A DNA stretch of 53,170 bases, taken from assembly GCA_937876435.1 (NCBI GenBank), contig CALEIL010000072.1, positions 1-53,170 of the forward strand. The letters are read 5' to 3'. The notes beneath the pieces are model-generated. The model saw only the letters and a list, made by a program, of their open reading frames with translations. It had not been told where the DNA came from and did no database searches. Each line of letters begins with the position of its first letter. Position 1 is the stretch's first letter. Shown piece by piece: positions 10,848 through 18,971 of this stretch. The DNA is from an uncultured Bacteroidota bacterium. Lineage in GTDB: Bacteria; Bacteroidota; Bacteroidia; Chitinophagales; Saprospiraceae. The position numbers and the translations under genes were made by a program.

Positions 10848-12380
10848 TCACTCCAGAACTTCCCTGATACCTTTCATCAAAGCCGCCTCCGCTTCCGGTC
10901 CCACCATCGTCGCCATTTTGGAGGTTTCATATCCGCCTTTCTCGTAGGCTTGGCTGGTACCGATATAGCCCATACCGTATTCCTCATAAGCCGCTGTACA
11001 CACCATATTTCCCGGAAAAAGCCGCTGGGCTGCCAATTGGTATTCGACGAACGGTTCACCGGGCAAACTGAGGAGACGAACCCCGCCCAAATGCAAGGCT
11101 GATATCCTGACGTAGGGCTCACGATGTACCCTGGTCCACCAGGCCAGACCCGCGATGGCTCTTAGATAAGGATAGCCCGGGTCGTATTTTTCACCAGTGA
11201 TCACCTGGATCAGACTGTCCTGATTCACATAATCCGCAAGTGGTAGATACACTTCCGATGTTTTCCACTTGATACCGGTCTGATCAAGAGGTTTCCTCAC
11301 GGCACTCTCCAGGGCTTCATCCATGGCCATGGACAATCTCGCGGCAAAAGTATAACGAATCTGATCGGTCCCGTTGTTGTATTTCCCGACGCCGATATTT
11401 CCCGCCGCCCCGGTAAAATATATTTGGGGATAGTTTCTTTTCATTTCCTGATATTTCCGGGCAATTCCCACAAACTCTGCAGAAACTTCCCCCTCACCAA
11501 AATTGATCACAGGATGAACGGCGTAATAGGACAGGGATACCAGTGGTTCCTGCCCATTGAACAGGGTGATCATTTTGAGAAAAGGATCGATCAGACCTTC
11601 GTTTGCATGTCGCAGCCTGAAATCCTGGGTCCAGCTCCAACGCATATTCTCCACATCACCATGACGTCCGAGTATTCGCCGGTTGGAAGCGACCCGGTTG
11701 ACTCTGGCTTGTCCAAAACTGATATCAGTGACAGGTTGTAAGTTTTCAAGAGAGGCTTGGGCTACTGAAGCGACATTTTCGATGGATCGATAAAGAAATG
11801 CCGTATCGTAATACAATTCCGAACTCCCGAACTCCTCCAGTATGCAAGGCGTCGTCAGATCACATCGCACCGCATTGTGCTGGTGCAAGGCGTGGATGGC
11901 TACCCGATCCTCACTCGTACCGACGGCACGAGCCAGGGCTTTCCGGAAAACGTCCATGCCCTTGTTAGCGATCCCGATCCAATCGATGGCCACCAAAACA
12001 ACTGGCTTTTCATCAAAGATCAGAACGATGCCCCTGGCGCTGAGGGAATCCCGGATCATTCGGGTCGTTCCAAATGCCAGCGGGCTTCCTGGTGGTGGGG
12101 TCACATCCACCTCAAAATACGCCATCGAAACACCGTTGGCTGATAAAGAAGAATGCCCGGAATGCAGAACAGATTTCGGTTTTTGCCTTGCGAATGTCCG
12201 TTCCCAGCTATCCACATCCAAGCCGGTCCCCATAGCCTGGGCATCCCGTTGCGGGGGGGATAGCCGCGTTGTTCCGGCGTGAAATGCCTTCACACCAGTC
12301 AATATCCACAAAACAAAGATGAGCGTTAAAATCGATTTCGGCATAGACCAAAGTTGCGAATGTAATATCACTGGAAACAT
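10848..12380 (-). CDS. Neutral/alkaline ceramidase-like metallo-amidohydrolase (paralogue 1, HQH type)
   Basis: DVTPP, ALHQH, YYAVHP, GAAGNI and LPGEPFVEYQL motifs; closely resembles 31849..33270. Confidence 0.7.
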   Translation of the reverse strand: MFPVILHSQLWSMPKSILTLIFVLWILTGVKAFHAGTTRLSPPQRDAQAMGTGLDVDSWERTFARQKPKSVLHSGHSSLSANGVSMAYFEVDVTPPPGSPLAFGTTRMIRDSLSARGIVLIFDEKPVVLVAIDWIGIANKGMDVFRKALARAVGTSEDRVAIHALHQHNAVRCDLTTPCILEEFGSSELYYDTAFLYRSIENVASVAQASLENLQPVTDISFGQARVNRVASNRRILGRHGDVENMRWSWTQDFRLRHANEGLIDPFLKMITLFNGQEPLVSLSYYAVHPVINFGEGEVSAEFVGIARKYQEMKRNYPQIYFTGAAGNIGVGKYNNGTDQIRYTFAARLSMAMDEALESAVRKPLDQTGIKWKTSEVYLPLADYVNQDSLIQVITGEKYDPGYPYLRAIAGLAWWTRVHREPYVRISALHLGGVRLLSLPGEPFVEYQLAAQRLFPGNMVCTAAYEEYGMGYIGTSQAYEKGGYETSKMATMVGPEAEAALMKGIREVLE

Positions 12381-12462
12381 TCACAAAAACAAATCAAGGG
12401 GAACAATTTTGATCAATCCCGTCTCCCTGAATACCGATCGGTCTTATTGGCTGATAGGGAAT

Positions 12463-12921
12463 TTAATCATTGATCGTGGCTATGGCCTCGTTCAAGGTAT
12501 CCATAATGTCGTGCAAATACGCGGGGACATCCGATTTTCTCTGATCTATTGCCCATGTATTCACTTTGCCTTTCCGGGAAATTTCTAAAAGCAACCCACC
12601 CTGGTCTGCACAGTCCGGGCACCCAAATCGTTCCTGATCTGATTCTAATAGCTTTTGAGGAATGGCTTCCTGTAAATTCCTCACCAACTCGAATTTTTCT
12701 TTCCCCAAGGGCCTGAAATCTGGTTCGGTATCTATGTATCGGTCGCGAAAATCTTTATATAAATTATTGTTGGTTAATTTATAGGTCTGCACGCACTGGT
12801 CACCGTAGCACATACCATAGAAATGACCAAATATCAAGTAGTCATTATTTTTTAGGTTAATTCCTTCCTTACTACAGGATGTAATCACCATCATTGTTAG
12901 ACCTAACATAATATATTTCAT
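12463..12921 (-). CDS. Hypothetical lipoprotein
   Basis: Lipobox ITSC; FGHFYGMC and GCPDCADQGG motifs; ATG at 12921 preferred as start. Confidence 0.75.
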   Translation of the reverse strand: MKYIMLGLTMMVITSCSKEGINLKNNDYLIFGHFYGMCYGDQCVQTYKLTNNNLYKDFRDRYIDTEPDFRPLGKEKFELVRNLQEAIPQKLLESDQERFGCPDCADQGGLLLEISRKGKVNTWAIDQRKSDVPAYLHDIMDTLNEAIATIND

Positions 12922-13058
12922 AACCAAAGTTTATCGATGTTCAATCACAATAGATTCATACTTATAAAAATACGTCGCCATCCGTATTGATGATCAATAA
13001 GATGGTATTTCTTAGTGATCCGAATTCCGACCCATCAAATGTCAGCTCTCCCGAGGTT

Positions 13059-13817
13059 TCATTCATACGTTAATTTCATTTCTCTTCCCCAATTGAGTTG
13101 TATAGAAACCGGATAATCGTCTAGATTGTATTTATACTCCGCTATGCATGGACCACAGGCTAAATCCAGGAGGCCCAGATAGTCCTTGTAAGATGTTTTA
13201 GTTACATTATTTTCACTCCAGTTTATGGGGTCTACAATATGCTTTGGAACACCTTTTTTATAGTTTTTTTTATCATCGTATTCATAGAAGGCTTCATAGA
13301 ACAATTCCTTTTCATCCGTGAAATGAGCCACTTTTTCAATATTATTTCCCTTCCAGTGGTACTCTTCCTCTCTAGTGTACTTTTGGTTGTTCACGTAATA
13401 TGTTGACCTATTAGAAACCCTATTTTCATTATCGTAGTCATATTCATAAATCCATGATAAAGACAGGTTTCCTTCTGAATAACTTGAAAAGCTGTATATT
13501 GCCTGAATCGTGCCGTTGGAATTGTAAATGAGGGAATCACGAGAAATCAGCTTTCCATCATCCATTCTATAGGTCGTGTATTCTTTTAATAGTGAATCCT
13601 GGTAATCCAATTCATATCTTTTACCTGATGGACTAAATTCTTCAATTTTCGTGAGTTCATCATTGGGAGAATAAGAATACTGTTCTATCCAACTGCGATC
13701 GTCATCTACATATTCAACGGAAATTAACTTTGTCCCGGTAGATTGTTCAATAAGGGAATCCTCCGAACAAGCTGTAAGACTTAATACAATGATTAAGATT
13801 GCTATTTTGGGTATCAT
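13059..13817 (-). CDS. Hypothetical lipoprotein with Tyr-rich (YD-like) beta-strand repeats
   Basis: Lipobox LTAC; repeated YxYD/YxYN segments; AT-rich. Confidence 0.7.
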   Translation of the reverse strand: MIPKIAILIIVLSLTACSEDSLIEQSTGTKLISVEYVDDDRSWIEQYSYSPNDELTKIEEFSPSGKRYELDYQDSLLKEYTTYRMDDGKLISRDSLIYNSNGTIQAIYSFSSYSEGNLSLSWIYEYDYDNENRVSNRSTYYVNNQKYTREEEYHWKGNNIEKVAHFTDEKELFYEAFYEYDDKKNYKKGVPKHIVDPINWSENNVTKTSYKDYLGLLDLACGPCIAEYKYNLDDYPVSIQLNWGREMKLTYE

Positions 13818-14095
13818 ACTATAATTTTTTTATTCATCCACCTACGAATTTATTCGAGCCAAAGTCCGCACATAGGTCGGATAGATTCAAAGTATCCTAC
13901 CGTATAAGACACTACTCAGTAATGAAACGTCAGTGATGAGATGGATTTTTAGGAAATATTAACATACATGCACAAAAATCTCAAATTTTAAGGCCATGAA
14001 ACAACTCCAGGATTGGCAACGAATAAAAAATAAGCCAGGTCTTATAAAGTATCCTATGAATATCTTAACTTGGTTGCATTACTTTCATTTGTCAG

Positions 14096-14702
14096 ATGAA
14101 AATATCGGGAAATCACAATATAGAAAAAAAGCTACTTAGCCAATTGGCGCAAGGTGATCGTAAGGCCTATCGTCAATTATACACCTCGCACCTGGACTCC
14201 GTTTACCGGTTTGTACTTCCTTTTGTGAATCATGAAAAGTACGAAGCCGAACGGATCGTCCAGGATGTTTTTGTCAGCATTTGGGAGAGGAGAAAAAAAA
14301 TTGGACAATATCCGGTCCTTCGAAAATTATATATTCCGCATGGCCAAAAATCGGTTGTTCGATCTTCAAAAACAGCGACAGGCCAGGCGAACTATGAAAG
14401 CTAACATACCCACTTATGGCATATCTCCTTCTGCTGATGATGATTTGGTATACGATGAATATTATGAATCAGCAATGGCTATCATTGAAGAACTCTCCCC
14501 CCAGCGGAAAAGGATCTTTTTGATGCGCACCCAGACTGAAATGTCTATAACGGAAATAGCTGAAGCTCTGAAAATTTCCAAGTCAGCCGTCAAAAAACAG
14601 TTGTATGAAGCGATTAGTATGGTCAAAACCCAACTCAACCAGGACCATGGCTGGCCGTTGATGTGGTGGTTCCTGGGAATAGTGGTTTCTTCTGTGATGT
14701 GA
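14096..14702 (+). pseudogene. ECF sigma-70 factor split by a +1 frameshift in an A8 tract (14293-14300)
   Basis: ORF 14096..14404 has region 2 (AERIVQDVFVSIW); ORF 14232..14702 continues YIFRMAKNRLFD and region 4 (LSPQRKRIFLM...EIAEALKIS). Removing one A joins them as WERRKKLDNIRSF. Confidence 0.82.
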
Positions 14703-14964
14703 ATGCAAACTTGAAAAAGACATTTTAAATATCATACATCATGATTCAGAATTTCAAGGATATCGAAAACTCAGCTTTAAAATTCGACGAAAAACCCCGG
14801 AATTAATGAACATGATTGATCGTTACATATTGGTAACTGAAAATCTAATAACAAATTGATTAAGGGGAATGTTTTAAAGAAAAAGAAGCCGATAATTAAG
14901 TGAATTCATAGCAAAGAGATTTAGTTAGCGTGAAGTGATTTTGGCATTTTAAATATTATTTACA

Positions 14965-15273
14965 ATGATTAAAATTGATAATGATTTAAAGCAAATAATT
15001 AAAAAGGTCTGTACTGATCATTTCGTAGATAAGCTATATTTATTTGGTTCTGCTATTTCAGATAAATTTGATGAAGGCAGTGATATTGACCTGGTCGTAG
15101 AATTCTCTGATAAACTTGATGTGCTCCATTTCGCAGATAATTATTTTAGCTTATTGAATGCCTTGAAAAATATTTTTCAAAGAGAAATAGATCTTCTTTC
15201 ATACAGAGCTCTAAAGAACCCCATTTTGATCGCGGAAATCGACAAATCAAAAGTCCAGCTTTATGCAGCGTAG
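14965..15273 (+). CDS. Minimal nucleotidyltransferase (MntA-like antitoxin of HEPN/MNT TA)
   Basis: LYLFGS...SDIDLVVEF motif, 102 aa, ends in LYAA. Confidence 0.88.
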   Translation: MIKIDNDLKQIIKKVCTDHFVDKLYLFGSAISDKFDEGSDIDLVVEFSDKLDVLHFADNYFSLLNALKNIFQREIDLLSYRALKNPILIAEIDKSKVQLYAA

Positions 15274-15456
15274 TCAGTTGCTTAAATATATTCTAGATGT
15301 TGAACAAATAAATATCCAACAAGTCGATATGCTCAAATTGATCAGGCTTTGAAACAAATTGATAATGGGGAATATTTGACAGAAGAAGAGGCCGAAAACG
15401 TGGCAAAAAGGTTGATATGGTCCAAAGATGCCCATCAATATAGAAAAGAAATATTC
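15263..15456 (+). pseudogene. Toxin-antitoxin remnants: truncated HepT/DUF86 start, antitoxin C-terminus, RelE/ParE toxin N-terminus
   Basis: MQRSQLLKYILDVE overlaps the MNT stop and ends after 29 aa; another frame reads IDQALKQIDNGEYLTEEEAEN then (V/M)AKRLIWSKDAHQYRKEIF. Confidence 0.55.
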
Positions 15457-16750
15457 ACACCGGTCTTTCAACCCAAGCCAGATCCTGAACCTCCTTCCCA
15501 GCCACCACCATCCGGGCCAGAAAATAAACCCGATCGGGCGTCACTGCGATGGAATTCACATAGGTAGGTCTCGATCCATCCTCATAAAATATGGCACCGT
15601 AATCGGTATACTTCGCGGTGGGCAAATGATAGGTCACCAGGTGCAGATTCTCCAATCCCCGGGCCGCTCCCTTTGCGATATCCCTGACCCCTTCGATCCG
15701 CGTTCCATCTTCGTATATCGGCCCACCGGTCAGATAGTAAACGGTTTCCTGATCAGGACCGAGCGCGTACCCCAGGTATCCGTAACTGAATTGATCGCTC
15801 ATCCCGCTTTTCTGGCTGGGCAGGGAGGTGATCCGTTCGATGAGCTCCACCCGGTCTTTATCGGGTGAAAACCGAAACAAATACCCCGAGTTTCCATGCA
15901 CCCCGACAGCTACATTTTCAGGTTCATACCAGAAAACCTTGCGCCAATGATAAACCATACTTCCGGGCCGCGTCGGGTCAAATCGTCCAAAATAATCCAA
16001 ACGCAAATTTGCGTTTGGCATCGTCCTGATCTCTCCTTCCCCGGGACGATAGTAATGGATATCCCCTTCGGAAACCGTAAAATACACCGCACCATCCCGG
16101 GGATCCACCACCAGTGACCGGCACAACGTCCTGAAATTCTGACCGGGCTCGCCACCTTCTCCCCGCAGCGCAACCGGACCCAGGTCGTGGAGTTGACCGG
16201 CTCCCACGTCATAATGTATAAAATTTCCCGTGGGCCAGGTCAAACCGTAAATGTGGCCCCGGTCGGTATCCATCGTCATCGAAACCATGCCTTCTCCATG
16301 CGGCACCAACGCCAGATCCTCCGTCTGTCCGGTTTTCATATCGTACGCCAGAATGTGTCCACCTGGATAAAGACCCAGACCCTCCGGAGGATTCTCGTAC
16401 ATCCTGTCCATTCCATCGATCAGCTCGTACACTCCGACGTGGGTCGAGTAGTAAAGCTTGCCTTCCATTTCAAAAAACTCCACGTGGCTTTTCCCCTGGC
16501 CGATCGCATTGGCGGTCTGTTCTCCGCACAACACCGTCAGATCACCGATCAGATTGGATTCGCCGATGTGCGGGTCATATCGGTATACGTGCCCTCCTAT
16601 CCGAAAGTCTTCGGATGAGAGCACGTAATATATACAGCCATCGCTGGCACCCGAAAGAGCATTGTAGGTGTCATGAGCCAATGAAAAACCGGAATAATGA
16701 CGATGCGCGATTAAATTTTGCTTCTCTCCGTTTGTTTGCATTTCATTCAT
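15455..16750 (-). CDS. Hypothetical protein, probable beta-propeller, no obvious signal peptide
   Basis: 431-aa ORF with repeated YRYDP/LAYD/IHYD blade-like strands; GKSH motif. Confidence 0.65.
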   Translation of the reverse strand: MNEMQTNGEKQNLIAHRHYSGFSLAHDTYNALSGASDGCIYYVLSSEDFRIGGHVYRYDPHIGESNLIGDLTVLCGEQTANAIGQGKSHVEFFEMEGKLYYSTHVGVYELIDGMDRMYENPPEGLGLYPGGHILAYDMKTGQTEDLALVPHGEGMVSMTMDTDRGHIYGLTWPTGNFIHYDVGAGQLHDLGPVALRGEGGEPGQNFRTLCRSLVVDPRDGAVYFTVSEGDIHYYRPGEGEIRTMPNANLRLDYFGRFDPTRPGSMVYHWRKVFWYEPENVAVGVHGNSGYLFRFSPDKDRVELIERITSLPSQKSGMSDQFSYGYLGYALGPDQETVYYLTGGPIYEDGTRIEGVRDIAKGAARGLENLHLVTYHLPTAKYTDYGAIFYEDGSRPTYVNSIAVTPDRVYFLARMVVAGKEVQDLAWVERPV

Positions 16751-16967
16751 ATATAATAATTATCTAATGTGTGGTTCATTGAGGAATTTTCAGATCAGAC
16801 TGACGCAGATGCGGTTTCATAAGGTAATGTTGGTCATGGTATATTCCTACGGTCTTGAAAGCTAAATTTCAAAGTTGCCGATTTCATTTAAGTGCAAGCA
16901 TCAGAGGTGAAATATTATGCGATTGTATCGCCATGTCGATCCATCCGGAATGTCGGTCTGACCGGTA

Positions 16968-18566
16968 CTATTGACCAATCAATTTATTGGCTGGCGGGTG
17001 CAGATCGACCGTTTGAGCCAATTCCACCATCCCCTGGACGATAGCTGATTCTATATCATACGCCCATTTTGATGGTAAACCGTAGACTATTTGGGCAGAA
17101 GCTCCTTCGTAGCCTCCTTCATGAAGGACACGGGCCGTAGGGATGTAACTCATCACGTCGTTGGTATACCCCATGACAAAGGAATCATAGCCAAATATCT
17201 CTTTGAGCCGGATCGTATACCCGATCAAAAGCTCTCCTCCCAGCGTAAATATGGATTGGTCACCCAGCCTCCAGATCTGCAGAGGATAGGGATATTTTTC
17301 GAGCAATTTTTTGCCGCTTTTAACTTCCTGAAGCAAGCGCTCACCCCAACTTTTCTGATAGCTGGAGGCCACTTCACAAAAATGGGTCAATTCTTCCATG
17401 GTAGGGGGTGTTTCCAGATTGAGATCCACCTCCTTATACGCCACTTTCATGACCGACTCCAGGGGTTTCATCTCCTCTTCGAGCACCCGGTCCACAGCCG
17501 CTGCCAGCGTTCGTCCGTATTGACGAGCCAGAGGAATTGTCCGGCGGGGAATGGGGTTCTGGTCTGCTCCTCCTCCCTGGAAAAACATGGCCTGCACCCC
17601 TGGATGGTCCTTTTCCAGTTGGATCTGGGCATATCCAGGGTAATCACCCGACCACTGATCGAGGCTCAGGACGGTGGGATGACAGGCGTAGCCAAAGACG
17701 ACGGCCATCAGATCACCGTTGGGTCTGGCGACCTTAATCACCGGAACCGCGTAATCATTGGGACCATTGAGATCGCTGATCCGGTGCTGCAATGCTTCTA
17801 CGTTGTTGCGGCGATTCACCTGAAACCGCGCGACACCGTTTTCGGAAAATAGCTGAGCCGGCTCGAGTTTTTGAATCGCCTCACCGATCACGTCCACGAT
17901 GCGCTGGGTCAACCGGGCGGTGTATTCCTCGATTCTCTTCCGACCGGCGGCGTCTACCGGATAGATGTCAAACAAGGCATCACCCAGGACCGGACCGGTG
18001 TGCGTGTGGGAGCTATTGAGGATTACCTGTGCTTTGGTCAATCCGTATTTGGATTCGACCTTTTGACGAATATTGTCCGACATGGTCTTGGGCAATCCGA
18101 GCAAATCCGAGGTGATCAATACCGATTGATTGCCCTGAGCATCTTCCAGCGCCAAAGCCTTGACCCAGATGGAATGCAAGGTTCCTTCCGATGGAGACCT
18201 GCGGGAACCATACCCGGCCAGCCACATCGATTTTTCAGGCGTAATGTCTATCCTGGCCGCCCCGGCCTTCCATTGGTTGGGGAAGGGATGGGGATTTTCG
18301 ATGCCCTCAGACACATCATAATTTCCACTATACAGCGGATAATTGACCATCAAAATACTCACCAGTACGCACGCCAGTGCGTCAAATCTTAAGTGCCTAT
18401 AGTGGTATTTCAAAATATTTTTTGACAGGTCGAAGAAGCGAAACCGCGCATAGCCGGGGTTACGTAAGGATTTCGATGATGAAGAGATGTCAAAAAAGAT
18501 AAAGAAATAGCCATAGGAACTTAGGATTTGATGCACTAGTGCCAGTAATCGATCACAAGATTTCAT
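16968..18566 (-). CDS. Neutral/alkaline ceramidase-like metallo-amidohydrolase (paralogue 2, SHTH type)
   Basis: DITP, LAGYG, SHTHTGP, NRR, GYACHPT, SGDYPG and GGE motifs; start uncertain because of a long N-terminal extension. Confidence 0.78.
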   Translation of the reverse strand: MKSCDRLLALVHQILSSYGYFFIFFDISSSSKSLRNPGYARFRFFDLSKNILKYHYRHLRFDALACVLVSILMVNYPLYSGNYDVSEGIENPHPFPNQWKAGAARIDITPEKSMWLAGYGSRRSPSEGTLHSIWVKALALEDAQGNQSVLITSDLLGLPKTMSDNIRQKVESKYGLTKAQVILNSSHTHTGPVLGDALFDIYPVDAAGRKRIEEYTARLTQRIVDVIGEAIQKLEPAQLFSENGVARFQVNRRNNVEALQHRISDLNGPNDYAVPVIKVARPNGDLMAVVFGYACHPTVLSLDQWSGDYPGYAQIQLEKDHPGVQAMFFQGGGADQNPIPRRTIPLARQYGRTLAAAVDRVLEEEMKPLESVMKVAYKEVDLNLETPPTMEELTHFCEVASSYQKSWGERLLQEVKSGKKLLEKYPYPLQIWRLGDQSIFTLGGELLIGYTIRLKEIFGYDSFVMGYTNDVMSYIPTARVLHEGGYEGASAQIVYGLPSKWAYDIESAIVQGMVELAQTVDLHPPANKLIGQ

Positions 18567-18587
18567 AATTTCAGGTTAATTGGGTTT

Positions 18588-18956
18588 TTAAACAATAGGT
18601 GCCCAGTAAGTGCAATATGCCTCCTCAAACACCGGGCCCTTGAACAAGGCACATCCGCCACAGGATTTTCCTTCTGCGGGTGGTAAATAAAGTTGACAAT
18701 TTTTACAATGCTTATCCGGAATGGGGGATTCTTCCACGTATCCGAATCCCTCTCTTTTTTTGATTTCAGCAGCCGAGGTTTTGGACAAATCGTCGCAGCT
18801 CGTCACATCCAATGCATTCGCATTGGCATCTTCGGTCCCGGTGGACTGATCACCCTCCGACTTACACGATTGGGCCACCAGGGGCAAACAAATCAAACCA
18901 GCGCCCACCTTCAGGGCTGAATTCAAAAATGCCCTTCTGTTTTTTTTCGATTTCAT
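18588..18956 (-). CDS. High-potential iron-sulfur protein (HiPIP), Tat lipoprotein
   Basis: NRRAFL plus lipobox AQSC; GYVEES, CKNCQLY...GGCALF...YCTYW four-Cys HiPIP pattern. Confidence 0.85.
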   Translation of the reverse strand: MKSKKNRRAFLNSALKVGAGLICLPLVAQSCKSEGDQSTGTEDANANALDVTSCDDLSKTSAAEIKKREGFGYVEESPIPDKHCKNCQLYLPPAEGKSCGGCALFKGPVFEEAYCTYWAPIV

Positions 18957-18971
18957 ACCATAGATTTTAAA

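Noticed and set aside
15349..15567. 72-aa ORF as a real gene
   Set aside because: Chimera of TA-like fragments running antisense into the 15455..16750 gene.
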